DNA of 64,000 nt from Raillietiella orientalis (lineage: Eukaryota), in the NCBI GenBank assembly GCA_036172245.1, contig JAYWIR010000013.1:1054001-1118000 (forward strand), read 5' to 3'. The position numbers were made by a program, and so were the translations under genes. Below, piece by piece: positions 13,231 through 26,700 of the stretch (positions within the stretch are counted from its first letter, which is position 1; each line of letters begins with the position of its first letter). The notes beneath the pieces were generated by a model. It was not told the DNA's origin, did not search any database, and saw only the letters and a program-made list of their open reading frames with translations.

Positions 13231-16200
13231 AGGGGGGTTGGCTGGAGGATCCACCCTCGGATGCCCGGCCTCCTCCGGGAAGGATCGGGGCCGAGGCGCT
13301 GACTCCAGACGGGAGGGAGTTCCCCGGGAGCGTAGCTCCTTCCAGGCTAGGGTCTGCGCCTTGCACCCGAGGGATGGCGCCTGGATGCCTAGAGCGCAGG
13401 GATTTCTGGTCTCTCGGGAAGGGGGGGGGGGGGCGGAGGTCCTTCGCGCACCCTAGGAGGCGTGGCCGCTACCCAGAAAGGAGACTTCCCGGGATTGCGA
13501 GGATCCGAGTTTCCTTGTGGTCCAGGAGGGAGATTGCGCCATCTCGCGTGTCGCCTGCACTCGAAGGCCGGAGCGGGTCAAGCGGGTGACCTCGTGAAGG
13601 CATGCGGAGGGGAAAGGGTGCAGGGTCGCTCGGGGTGGGTGGGTGACTGCACAGCACCCTGCACGCGACGAGGCAGCCATCTCCTTCCCGCTGATCGCCT
13701 TGCCCATGCGGGACCGTCGCGCCGTGCCTGTCGCCACGGAAGACGGTCGTGCAGACGGCTTCCCGCGGCCGCCACAACCGCGGGCGCAGCGCGCGCACGG
13801 CCAGCTGACCTGGACAGAGGAAGCGCTGTTTGAGACGCCCGCGGGGTCCTCTCGCTGCGGTCCAGCAGCAGCAGGTGAGGGAGAGAGTCCGTCCCCACCC
13901 CAACAGTCCTTTCCGGACTCTCAGCCTCGACACGTTCTCTGCGCGCGGGGATGCCGAGGTCACGAAGGGTGCCGCCGCCTTTGCGGGGGACGGCGGGGAA
14001 GGTGGGACGCGAACCTTCGGCCCGGGAACATTGGTCACCTGACCCGTAGAGATCATCCGCGACACCTGGCGCGGCCCCACCCTGGAGCGTAACACCGTCA
14101 GGACCTCGGAAGGACCTCCCTGGGATCGGCCTAAGGAGTGGGTCTGGAGGTACAGCAGGGCGGTCCGGCGAGGTCACCGGAATCAGAGAAGCCGGAAGAT
14201 CCCTCGGCAGGGCGGCGCTTCCGTCGAGGCGACCTTCACGGGGTGTGCACGCGGTCGCCCCTGGCTCCAGAGACTGCACTCTCTCCGTTCCCTTCTCTCC
14301 CGCTCTCCCGAAACCGATCCGGGGAGGGGAAGGCTCCCTGGTCCTCTCTCCTTGCCCCACAGGCAGAGTTTCCTGCCTCTCCCCCTCCTCTCCCTCTTCT
14401 CTCGGCCTGAAGAGAGAGCATCCGTTCCGCGCGGCCGCCGTGGGCGCTCCCTGAAGCGGATCGCCGCGTCGTAGGTCCCGTAGTGGGACGGGGGTAGGTG
14501 AAAAGGAAGGCGGTGGCAGAGGCCCTTTATCGAAGGGCTGCATGGCTGGAAGCTACGGGAGGCTCGTGGCGATTGCAGCTGCGCGCAGTCTTCCCACAGC
14601 AGTCTCCTAGTCGCGCGCGCCAGCGCGCCCTCTCTGCACACTGGAGGGGGAGGGAGGTTCCCTCCGGATCCGTGAGGTCCGTGATCCCGGGGTCGCTCGG
14701 CGGCGCCCGGGGGAGGGAAACTGAAACAAGAGGATCCGTCAGGAGTGCGCGATATTCCGCGTGGGGTGCTGAGACCTTCCGGCCGGAATTTTCATTCCGA
14801 TCGACGACGTCGTCGATGCTGGCGCATTGTCAGACGGACAGCTCTCACCCCCCCAATCCCTCGAGGATTCTGCAGAGCAGACTTCGTTCTCGAACTTTCC
14901 CGCGCTTTTCCCTCGAGACAGACGGGGCTCCCGCGCGGGTTTTTGCAGCAGCCGCCGCCGGAGATGTGTCCGGAAAGCACTGCCGCTGCGGGCGTCTTCT
15001 TCCGCTCGGACGGGACAAGACCGCGCCCCACGAGCGACCGGGGGGAGGTGCTGAGAGCGTTCCGTCCACTTGGCGGCGGAGAATCTCCGCTGCTCCGCGG
15101 AGAACGCGCGGCGTTGCCGCTGCGGCCGGCCGAAGACGAGCGCGCTCGCCGCTCCAACCTTCCCGGAGGGTTCGCCCGCCCTTCCGCGCGCTGCTGTTGG
15201 CGACAGGAGCGCCCGAGACGATGGAGAGGCACCTCTCCATCCCGGTCGGTGTCTCCAAGACCTGCTCCGTGCGCGCGAAAAGCGATTTGCCCGCACGGCT
15301 AGTCGCGGACGAGAGCCTAGCCTAGTCCACATGGATGCTGCTGACCGTGGGGGGGGGGAAGGAAGTTCGATCCTTGCAAGTTGCCAGGACGTCCGCGGGA
15401 GTCCCGGGATCATCGCTGGGAACCCAGGGCGGACGGAAATCTCTGCAGGAAGCGCGCCTGGCGTGAAGGAGGGCACCCGCCCTCCGGCTCGAAGGAAAGC
15501 GGAAATGAAATCAGAGAGACGGGAAACGCGCGCGGACTGACGTCAACTCCGCCGGATGGATCGCGAGCGACCGGCAAGAAAGAACAGAGCGACCGCCCCC
15601 TCCGGTTGCCACGGTAGACGCGCGCGTGCGCGCGCAGTTCCACGCTCCGCATCGACTGTGCAAGAGCCGGTACAAGGAATCGCCACGGTCAGACTGCCGC
15701 CTCGTTTCCTTCCCTCCCGGTCCTTTTTTTCCCCCTTACCCTCGGAACAAGGGGGACGAGGTATCCCTCACCTCTCGTCGCAGCAACGACCAGCGGGAGG
15801 GGAGGGGAAGGAAGTGGCCGCCGGGCCGCATCACCCTGGCGACCTCTTAGCAGCCGGTGGGTTCTCGTTCATCCGGGATCTGCGGAGCTGCTTTGGAAGT
15901 GCAGGGGATGGCCTTGCCGGCCTGCGAAACGGTGACGAGGACGCTCATGAGGGACGGGTGGACCGCTCGTCCGAGCGGGGCGAAGCGGGCCCAGGAAGAC
16001 AGCGAGGAGACCTCACTTTCTGCTTCCCCCTCCCCCCCCGCAAGCGCCAGTGGCATTGTCAGTCCTGAAAACGGGACGGAGGAAACGTCCGTTCACCTCC
16101 TGGCGGAGGGATCTTGAACGGTCGGCAGGAAGGAGGAGGAGAAGGGGGGTAGGGCAGAAGCGAAGGCGTCCGGGTTCCTTGAAAGGAGTCCAAGGGAGCG

Positions 16201-19200
16201 GCCCTCCTGGAAGAAGAGGGGAAGCCGTGCGGTGCAGCCGGAGGGCGGGTGGCTGGAAAGAGCCGCTCGGTCGCGCAGCTGAGAACGCGCGTCACCCATA
16301 TCCCGATAGAAAACTTCGTCCGCGGCTTGGGAAGTTCCTGTTCCTTATGCTCTTCCGGTTTCCCAGGGAATGAAGGAGGGGCGTTTTCTCTGCTCCCCCC
16401 CCATTTCCCCATCCCCTTTCATCTCCGTTCCGACGGCTTCCGGCGCATATCCGGATGACGACGCGAAGGCGGTCACCTTGCAAGGGCCTTGAAGAAGGCG
16501 GGCCGCTTCGGAAGGAAAAAAGTGGACCCCGACGAAGCTGCGCAGACCCGTCGCGAACGGGAAGCAAGCATGGGAACCCGCGCGGGAGAGGGGAAAGGGT
16601 TCGTTCCCATCCCTCTGCCACCATCGTCTGGTTTGCTCCCGCTGCTTCACCTCGCCGACCGGAACCCCGGAGGCGGACGATCTACCCGACGGCTATCTCC
16701 TCCTGCTCTCCTCGTCTTCTCCCCGAGAGCGTCAGTCGCGGGCGGCCCCGGTGGCGGCTAGGAATGAGTCCCGGTCACGCTCGGTTCCCCCTGCCCCTCC
16801 CAAGACGCTCTTTTTCCTCGGCGACGGGCTGCGGAAACGGAGCGAGGGTTCCTTCCCTGGGGCGAGAGATTCGCCAGTCTCCCTCGCGCTTTCCGCGCGT
16901 TGCGACACCGCGAATGGACACGCTCCTCCCGAGACCACATGACGGGGATCACCTTGGCTATTAATAGCTCCCCCGGCCGGGGAGCGAGAGCGGAGCCGTC
17001 GTCGCCGCTGTGGCAGAGGAGCGAAGCCAGAGAGAGGGGTGGAGCTGGCCCCGCTCCTTGCGAGCCAGGCCGGCGAAAACCGACCCAGAGGTGCAGTCCC
17101 CGCTTCCCATACCAGGAACCAGTAAGGGAAAGGCCCGAGGGAAGCCCGCATCGGGCACGCTCCTCTCTCTCTCTCTGCATAGGGACGCGGAAACCCCCTC
17201 CTTCTTTCATCCAGGGGAGTCCCGCACCGGTCTGAGCGTCCAGGGCCGCTCAGGCAAGAAGCGCCGCTGAGCCACCGCCGCGGGGCAGTCTCGCTCAGAT
17301 CTTGTGAGCAAAGATCTCCGGCCCGACCGGCGCTTCGCGCGTAGACGTGCGAAGCGCCGGTCGCAGGAGATCTGGCAGGCGGGCGTTTCCAACTCCGCCG
17401 TGTCCCCGGCGCTTGTCCCTGTCCCTCGTGGGGTTCCTGAGAGGGCTTGCGGGAGCGCGCGCCCATCCAGCCGGGGGCCTCCTCGCTACTCTGAGCGGGA
17501 ATGACACCAGCACGGAGACGTCGAAGCCCAGCTCCTCCGGGCATTCCTTCCGGCAGCCATCCCCTTCAATGCTCCGTCGGTTCTCAAAGATTTCTGGCTA
17601 GGAAGCTGTCATTACGCCATCACCGTTGCCATTTGCCCGCCGATTTCGCTTCGCGGAGTGCTCCAGGCGAAGGTCAGAAAACCCCGTCCGCTGGAGCTCG
17701 TGAGGTCATCATCGAGCTCCGCGGGGAATTCCTTGCTGTTCCAGTTCTTCGCCGAGAGGACCTTCGAGCTCGGGGAAGGTCCAACTTCCCGACAGCGATT
17801 TTCGCTCGCGCTGGAAGGCTCCTCTGGACACTTCCAACCGCTCCTCCTCCCTGCCTCCTCCCCGCGGAGGCAGCCAGGCCAGCGGCCGGCCAGTACCTGC
17901 TCAGCGGCGAGTCCCGGCATCCTTCTACGGCTTTGTTTTCGGGTGCGCAGGCATCGCCGTGCATCCTCCCCCAGCCGGCTGGTGGCAGGTCACGCGCCCG
18001 GAGGAAGGCGCGACCTCCCCGCATGCGCGGCGCGCGCGCCGATTCCTTGGGGCGGCCTCCGAGGATCAAAGACTGGGGCACACACCAGCAAAGGGGCTCT
18101 GCGTCCCACGCGAAGTTGCAGCGCTGCAATCAGGGAGGCCCGCGTCGCTTCCGAGAAGGGCGAGGAGGAGGAGGAAGGAAGGAAGGGGGAGAGGGAAGCG
18201 AAGGTGAAAACGTCGAAACTTTTCCAGTTGTTCGGCTCCATACAAAAAAATGATGCTGCAGACAGACGTTCGCTGCGCATTCGCAACCCCTTCCTTCTTA
18301 CAGCCAAACTCCCCACCGATCATCATTAACAACGGATCGTTTGCTTGTTTGTTGTACTTCGGTGGTGCTGCTGCTGATACCAAACTAAGAACCGAGGTGG
18401 GGTGGGGGGGAAACCGGGCCTGCACTTGGATGGGTCATTCGACCGTCAGGCTGAGTAATCACGCGTAATTCTCGCATAGATAATAACCTGGTAACAGTCG
18501 CGCGGAGACGCTTATTTCTCTTCCCGACAACCTCCCCGTCCGGAAAGCACGAAGGTGGGCAAACAACACCCATCTCAAATAACCACCAGTCCCCCTTCTT
18601 AACGACGACGACGCCTTGGTTCCCTGAACAAATTCTCGCGCGTTTTCGGTTTGTTTTTTTTTTTTTTTTTTTTGCGTTTTCGTTTTCGTTTTTTCTTCAT
18701 TCCGAATTCACAACCCGCCCGTTCGGTTCTGGATGACGATCCATCGTCATCATCAGCATCATCATTACCGCTAAGGTTAATAAACTTCGGGGTCTTTCGG
18801 AGACGGACATGCGCGTCAACCACAATGCAAACCGCGAACGTAACCAAGGCGCGCGCGCTTTCTGGTTTCCAGAATAATTACATGCTGTCATGGGTTGTGA
18901 GGTCGTGATTTGAAAAAGGCGAGTTCCGAGAGCAGGAGCCGAGCTGCCATGACAACAGGGACGGTGTTCCGGCGAACGCGCTGCGAGGAAGCGCTCGCTC
19001 GCCGTGGTCGGCACCCCCCGGGCAGAGCGGAGTCCGCACAGCCGCGATCGCTTTTCATTTGTTCCGAGCTCGTTGCGTGTCATGTTCGAGGGCTCCCGGT
19101 CGCTCCGGGATGAGCTCGAAAGGTCACGTTTTTTTTTTTTTTTTGTTGTTGTTGTTTTTCTTCCTTTCTTTTCTTTTTTCGTTGCTGCTGTTCCGTCCTC

Positions 19201-21299
19201 CTTCCCCCTCATCCCGGCTCCTCCTCTTCCTCCAGCACCTGGAACGCGCGCGCGCGTTTCCCGGCGTCTCCCGGGGCAGCCGGCGCCGAGGGCCGATGCC
19301 TCCATGACAAGTCGTGATCCTTAGCCGTCGGAGGCAGGGCTTTCTTGGGGCCCCGAAAGCCGGATGCACCGCGCAGGATCTCTTGGAAAGATTTCGATTC
19401 GATTGTTTCGTTGCCAAGGTCAGCTGCAACAAGAAGGAAGTCGGATATATTTAGTCGGACAGGTTAGCAATAATTTACAGAACCGACACGCAAATCAAAT
19501 CATGCGTAGTTGTTGACGGTCATTAAGGGAATTGCGTTTTTATCTCTCTCTCCCCCCCCCCTGCTCCTCCTCCTCCTCCTCCTCCTTCTTCTCGGTGATA
19601 CTCTTTTTAATGGTAAGTTCAAGGATAAATCTCTTCTCTGACACAGTGATGACACTACGCTGTTTGTTTACTGCAGCCGCTGCCGCGACGCACGCGTGTG
19701 CACTCTCACACGTCCACGAGCAGAGGGACACGCGAGTTTCACACTTGCGAAGCCGGTGCGCGCATGCGTGGGGTGCACGGGGGAAGGGGAGGGCGACAGG
19801 GCCAAACGCGCGCCCATCGCGCGAGCCTTCCTCGATTTGCGATCTCCGCCGCGCGGGCGTGCCGAAACGAACGGGTTGCGCGCGAGCCTTCCTCGTCGCG
19901 GGGGCGAGGGCTCCGTCCGTCAAGGCGCGGCGGACGGCTCTGGCGCACGCCCCCGAAACCCCCGCAGGGAGGGGGGGGGAGAGGAGGAGGAGTCGCCAGG
20001 CGGCGGCCGTCCCCGAGATCCCTTTCCCCTTCTCCCTCCCTCCTCCGGCGAAACACGTTCTCCTTCCTCCTTCGGTTCACTCCCGGGAAGATCGATCGGC
20101 GAACGAACCGGGGAGGGAGATGGGTGCTCTCTCGAAAGACGCACCTGCATGGTGAAAGCAGCGCCGGAAGGCGCAGACGCGGCACGGCCCAGCGAGGGTC
20201 ATCATCGCACTCACCTTCTCTCCCGCTTCCGCAGTCGGAGTGTGCACGGAACGAAGAACCGAAGGCACGAAACGGAACACCGTCGGATACGCGTTTCAGG
20301 AAAGATCACGTATGCGACGCGGGTAAGAAGAGATGAGTGGCTGCGCCCTGCTCTTCCCGCCGCGTTTCCTGGGCCCACTCGGCGCAGATTGCAGGACGGC
20401 CGTAGGTGTCGGGGGAGGGGGAGGAGAGGGATTTCTCCCGGAGAGCAGAGGTGGGTGGGCGGGTGGCAACTCTGGAATCTTAAACGAGGAACGCTTGTGG
20501 CGGAGAACGAAATCACGACGATGCAGCAGTTGCAGCGACGCCCCGCGGCGACCCTCGTGGTGGTGGTTCATCCGGAAGAAGCTGCTTCTGGAAAGCAGCT
20601 TCTTCCGTGGACCTTAGCGTTTCCATTTCTTCTTCAAGGGAGGGAATGATAAGAGAGGAGCAGTACGAGCTGAAGAGGTCGCAGTCGAGCCCGGAAGGAC
20701 ACGACAGCCTCCGGTAACGTCCGACCAAAGTCCAAGCAGCGGCGACTTCACGCTGTCACCCGGGCAGCTTGGGGAACGTTCGGCGCGCTTCCCGGAGCGC
20801 ACGCGAACGAGCTGCAGTCGCGCCCGTTGACGGTGGCTGACGGATCGGCTCGAACCCGCCGACCAGCCTTTCGGCGCAGAGCTCAAAAGTTGCGGTCGAG
20901 AGACCCTCCTCCCTCATAAGAGGAGAATTCGCGTTTCCGTGACCCCGCCGCGACGCGGAGCAGGGAGCGCGTCGCGGGCGAGCCGGGCGGCGGTTTCCGC
21001 GCCGCGGCCGAGGGGGGGAAATCCGCGAGAGAGCGCGGCCGCTCCGATGCGGCGGCTTCCCCGCAACGACGGCTGTACAGCCCTCGTCTTCGTCGGTGTC
21101 CCGGCGACCGGGGGGAAACAGGTTCGCTCGGAAGCCCGAGGCGCTCTTGTCCTGGAGACGCCTCGCGCTGCCTTTCCACCGTTCCGACGAGGCGATCCAC
21201 CGGCGGCGCGGTGGCTCGGACAGGCAAACCTTCCGTGACGCCTCAAGAACCTGCTCCTGGCCAACCGCAATGCAAACCTCCGGCCGTAGGGGCAGCCGT

Positions 21300-22500
21300 T
21301 GCTCGCGGTGACCGCTTCAGACCTCGTCCGGACGACGTCATGTCCGGACAAGTCCCAGCGCCGGGACGGGAGGCCTGCGTGCGTGGAGGGAGAGACCTCG
21401 AGTTCCAGCGGGCCACATGGCTTTCCCCGATCCCCACGAACCCAGGGAGCGTACTCTGCCCTCCCGACGCCTGTGCTCCTCCTCGAGAGCAAGGAAACAG
21501 CCAGTCCTTTGCATCCTCCCTCTACCCTCCATTCATCTCGCCTCCTCCGGGGCTGCCACGGATCCCCCCTCTAAAGGGCAGAGGGAAGCTCTACGGGGAG
21601 AGACGCATTGAAGCGGCCCGCCTCGTGCCCGCTATGTTTTGTCGCCGCCCAGCCAAGCCCCAACCGCTCGCCCCTTTGGGGGGACTGCATTTTTTTTTTT
21701 TAAAGCCAGTGGCTAACTCACGGGGAGATCGTTGCTATCGGTCTAGACAACGGAACTCCCCTTGGGGCTCTTCTGTCTTCGCTGCCTCCCTTCCAGTTTT
21801 TTTTTTGTTCTCGAGGAGTGCTGAAGAACCGTTGGCCATCTTGCGGGGAGCTCGCGAAGCTTTTTCACACCGTCCATGCCACCTGAGAGTGCGTGCAGCT
21901 CTTCAGGTTATAGGAGTGTGACCCCAGAGGAGCTACCCTATGAACCCAGGAAGACTCCTGAGGAAGGAGTCCGTTCCTCTTACGCTTGGTCCCCGAAGGG
22001 AACCCGGAAAAGATCGGCTCCTGGACTTTTTTCTCCGGAGGGACTCCCAGGAAAGATCCGCTCCCTGTTGCCTGTTCCTCTGAAGAGAACCCCGAAGGGA
22101 GCAGCGCGCATTTGTCCTTGTCACTCTGGAGAGGCGACTCCCGAGGGAGGGTATCAACCAGCTTCCACGACGGACGGCTCCATCTGCACTACCGGAAGTG
22201 GGGAGGGAGAACCCCTAAGGGAACGGGAGTCCCGATTCCTGGAACAACCCCGGAGGCTCGACTACCAATCCTGGCCATTCATCGGGGGCATCCGGTTTCA
22301 TCCGCTGTCAGTGCTGCCTCGCCCGAAGCCTACAGACCAACCAGCGCCATCCTGCGGGAGACACTCGAAAGTCATGACGCAGCCCCCATTCCTTGGTGTC
22401 GATCCTCTCCTGGGAGGGATTCGAACCCGCGATGCTTGATGCCACGAGCGGAGAGACCGGCGGCAAGTCGTTGTAAGTTCAAGGTATCTCCAACGCGGGC
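21300..22500 (-). mobile_element. tRNA-headed LINE family, copy C: leader 22500-21740, then a possible endonuclease start
   Basis: On the minus strand it starts gcccgcgttgg and contains gtggcatcaagcatcgcgggttcgaatccc (B box, ~22415-22445). Shares the ctctgaagagaaccccgaaggga body motif and the A-rich distal part. Downstream FLALEEEH may be a decayed LQET motif. Confidence 0.7.
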
Positions 22501-23716
22501 TGCATTGTTGGGCGCCATATTGATCTCGCGGGGTGACGTCACACACCGCGAAGTCGGACTCGACCGAGACGGGCCGGCTTCAGGCCTCCCACTGTGTAGG
22601 TGCGCGGCTGAAGGCTGGAGGCAGCAGCTCCATGGGAGACAGATTGGTTGAAGGGCTGCCGGCCCCCCGCACTCGAACTCCGGGCGCACTGAGCAGCGGC
22701 GAGTCGGGGCGAGGCATTCGCAAAAGCCCCACATTGTCCGGGTTGCCTGGAGCGCCGCCCACGATGCGCCTCGGATCGCGCATATGGAGGAAAGGGTCCC
22801 TCCCGAACCGAGGTCACCTCCCTCTCCGTTTCTCACGTGATGCTCGACGGATAATCCCACATCCGGCGGAACTTCTGCACCGCTGCATCAGTGAAACGCA
22901 TCTTTCATGAACTCGGACTGTTCTTCACGCGGCGGGAAATCGTTTAACGTTTCCACCCGCCGTATCCGGCATCGCGACGGAGACGGATGGGTTTCCTACA
23001 CACTGCCTTCGACGTCTCCAGGGCTCCAGCTTCGTGCTAAGAAACGAATGGCTCCCAGAGCAGCTTCCCTCAAGAGCCAGTCGCGTTCCTCGCGGCACAG
23101 GTGGCTCTTTAACACTGTTCCACCAGGGTGGTCCTCTCCATTTCATCTGCTCCGAAGGGAATCCGGAAAGGATCCGCTAGTAGGAATTTCTTCTCCGGAG
23201 GGAACCGCTCGTGTTCACTCCTCTGAAGAGAACCCCGAAGGGACGCTTCCAAAATTCAGAAGGGGCGCTGCAGCTTCCCACAGGGGGATCGCTCTCGCTT
23301 GCTTCCTTGCACTCTCTGAAGAGGCGACGACTCGGAGGATCCCCCCCGCAATAGGGGGGGTCCGCTCCTTTGAACAACTGGAGATGTGCCTGTGAAGGCT
23401 CCTGCTTCATCTTCAAACCGGAAGGGTCCCCCGGTGGGGGAGGTCCGCTCTCCGATGCACGACAGGAGGGAGAACTCCCCAATCCTTGATTCCTGGAAGG
23501 ACCCGAAGGTCGACTCCCGTTGTTCCGGCCTTCATCGGGGATCTCTGGTTTTAACCGCTACCGGTGCCACGCCCGAATGTCTCGGCCAACCAGCGCCATT
23601 GCTGGAGAAACTGGGAACCCTGCGAAGCAGTGGCATCAGTTTCTGCCAGAGTATTCGAACCCGCGACGCATGGTGCCACGCGCGGAAGCCTTAACCACAA
23701 AGCCTCCTACGCGGGC
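22501..23716 (-). mobile_element. tRNA-headed LINE family, copy D: leader 23716-22980, then endonuclease N-terminus
   Basis: Minus-strand head gcccgcgtaggaggctttgtggttaaggcttccgcgcgtggcaccatgcgtcgcgggttcgaatac, with shared body motifs. Downstream ORF 22372-22860 contains WAALQATRT (IAALQETR-like) and GGPAAL (GGVAxL-like). Confidence 0.75.
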
Positions 23717-26700
23717 AGAGCTGCGACTCCGTTCTGAGAGTTTCCGAGCTCCGACCCGGTCGGCTTTATTGCCTGCGGGCTCCCTCGTGGGAATGGTGGA
23801 AGGACGAAGGCAAGTGGACTTGAGGAAACGAAACGCCCTGTGTCCGCCGCCACAGGGCACCTGAGGATGGCACTTGCGGTCGCCGATGACAGCGAAAGTC
23901 GAAAGAGGCTCCCGGGGTCAGCTGCACCAACTCTGTACCTCGCGAGACTGTTTAGCTGCAAAACGTTTCGTCCTCTTATGACGCCGCCGGAGCGGCGCGC
24001 CAACCCTGCACGTGTGGAACTGTGCGTGGCAGCCCAGCAACCCTCACTGCGAACCCCCGTTTTGAAAACGAGGCGTTCCCCAAAGCCAGCTTCCCGAGAG
24101 TTCCACGGAAAGGACACGTTTGCTCTGCAGCCTCCATCGTCTCACTCGGTGGCGCTCGGCCATTTTGGCCGAGGAACGGTCCATTTCTTTCCGGGAAAAG
24201 CTGAGATCCATGTGGCTGTCGAGTTCGTCTGGCGAGGGCGGGCCCTCCCTGTCCCCGCGAGCGAAACGAGGAAAATCGCGAAGCCCCGGAATGCGCGAGC
24301 AGATTTGGCAGTCCCCTTGCTTGAGGGAGAACGGAGAAGCGGCAGCACCGCGCCTGGGCAGGGAGGAAGCGCGTCTCCCGCCCTGCCCGCCTCCTCGCAA
24401 TCGTCCGAGGACGCCAAGAAGCCAGGAGATCACGTCATGCTCTCGCGGTCGTCTGTGGAATCGTGCGGCTGTGTTCCGATACGCTCCCTTCCGAAGGCGC
24501 AGGAGGAGGCTCCGAAGGTGGCGCCGACCGAAAAGTCGAATTGCAAGCCCCGAGCTTGGCCTGCACCGGACTCGACGGGAGACCCTACTGTGACCCGATT
24601 CGGCAACCTCCCCTCCGGGAACACCCGCGGCAGGAAGAGGTCGTGAACCGGTTCGGGCATTCCCGACGTGCCGGACCAATCTTTCGCATCTGCTTGCCCC
24701 CAGACGAACGGGAAAGCGTTCCAAGCAGCGAGGGGCAGACGTTGGACTCGTTCGAACGGGAGCGTGCAGGCGTGGGACAGAGGTCTCACCTCAGACTGCA
24801 GGCCTTGATGATGGAGGCGGAAGGACCCTCATACTCTCCTTCCCGAGGATCCCGGAGTGAGATGGCCACGCTTGAACCGCAGGAGGATGCAAAGGATGCC
24901 GGGGAGAACGTCGTGATCCTTTCCCCCCACCCCTACGTTTCAGAACTTCTGGTTCGATTCTTATTTACCTTTTGTTTGCCTCCCTTCCCCTCGTTTCTCG
25001 CGGTGTGGTACCTTTCCGGCGACTGCTTCCCGGCAACGCCGTGCGTCCTCGGAAACTTACCGAACGAGAGCGACTGAACTCCCCGCGGCAGCAGAGCAAG
25101 AAAATTCGTCCGTCCGCTTCGCTGTTGAAATTTGTCGTCTTCTGCGACGAGCTCCCCGGCGTGACCTCCTGGTGGGAAACCTTCGGCTGCGTTTATCTCC
25201 CGCTTGCGATGCAGACGGGAGCCTGGGCGGCAGGCGCCGGCGAATCCGCACCACGCGTCTGTTGATACTCCCCTCCCCCCTTTAGACACTTCCTCAGGGA
25301 AATCTTCGCTTCGGAGTTCGACGTATCTTCGGTCAATGGTTTCCCGGGACGGAGCTTCCCCGCGCCCTCCCCCACTTTAGGCTGCTGTTCTTTCGGAAGA
25401 ATCCTTGGTCGAATTCACCAAGACATCCGGCAAGCATTTCGCAAGCGCCCGTCTCTTCAAATCCATCAACTTCGTCCCTTCACCTCCTTCTTCAACCTCC
25501 ACTCCTTCATCCATCAACTTTGCCCCGTCCTCTGGTACGCGTTTCCTTGACTTGCTCCTGTTGTCAACCAAAAAGCCGAATTTGTTGTGACCGATCGGTT
25601 GGCAGCCATGGAAACGGCCTCCGGTCTGGAGAACTGGACTGGCTTCTACTCAGCTGGGTAGCCGCCTCGGAGATGGATCCTACTCTTCGACGCAAGTCGG
25701 CAATTTCTCTCCTTTGGCTGCAGCGTTCGAACCCCCAGTTTCCAGGGTGAAACTGGACTTTGCCAAAGGGATGAAGTCAATGAATTCTGGACCGGAAGAA
25801 CCTCTAGAGGCACGAGCAACTAACGCAAGGCAGATGCAGCAGCAGTAGCCGCAGCCCTGGGGCTGTTGTTGTTATTGCTGCTCCCATCACCAGGACTCCA
25901 TTCCGGACCTACCCGTTTGAGCAGACTCAAGCGCAGTGGATGTTCCAAGTGCTTTGGTACGGGCTTTTCGTGCTGCTGGACGTTTCTCTACCACTCCAGG
26001 CCAATTCTTGCCGCCCTGAGTGCGTTTCCCACGAAGTGTCGAAACTGCCTTGCCGGCAGAGGTCTTCTCCGGCTCTTCCTGGACGTGAGCTCGTTCGGCT
26101 GCTCGCTTTTCTGGACGTGACAACGTCACACGTGCTTCTGAAGACATCGCCTCTCTATCGTCCTTAGCAGTTGCCGAAGATCAGATGATCGGCCTTAGCC
26201 GAGTCGGCATCAGTGGGAATCCCGCCGATTGCTCTTGCATCACGGCTTCTTCTTCCTCTTTCTTTTCGGAATCGTGCCCCAGAAAAACAAGCGTCTGCTG
26301 ATTTTCTTCAGCTTAACTCCATCCCATTTTTCATGCTCCGAAGGACCACTCCACCCTCGCTATTCTCGATCGACGGAACTCGCCACCAGTGCCTGTCACC
26401 AAAGAACGGTGCGTTTGGGAAGAGGAGTTGCTTGTGAATCTTCCTATGCTTCGCGCAGTGGTCCTCCCGTGAAGGAGATTGGTGGGCCTATCCCCGAAGT
26501 ACTAGGATATAGGTCAACCTGCGATAGGAGAGAAGCAAGCCTGCATGCATCCCGGTCACCTCCAAAAAGCAGTTCGGTATACTGGCCACCAGATAGACGG
26601 CGTAGCAGACAAGTGGTGTAGCATACAAGTGGCGTATCAGGTAGGTGGACTACCAGATTGATGGCGTCGCAGATAGTTGGCGTACTATGAAATGATGCAT

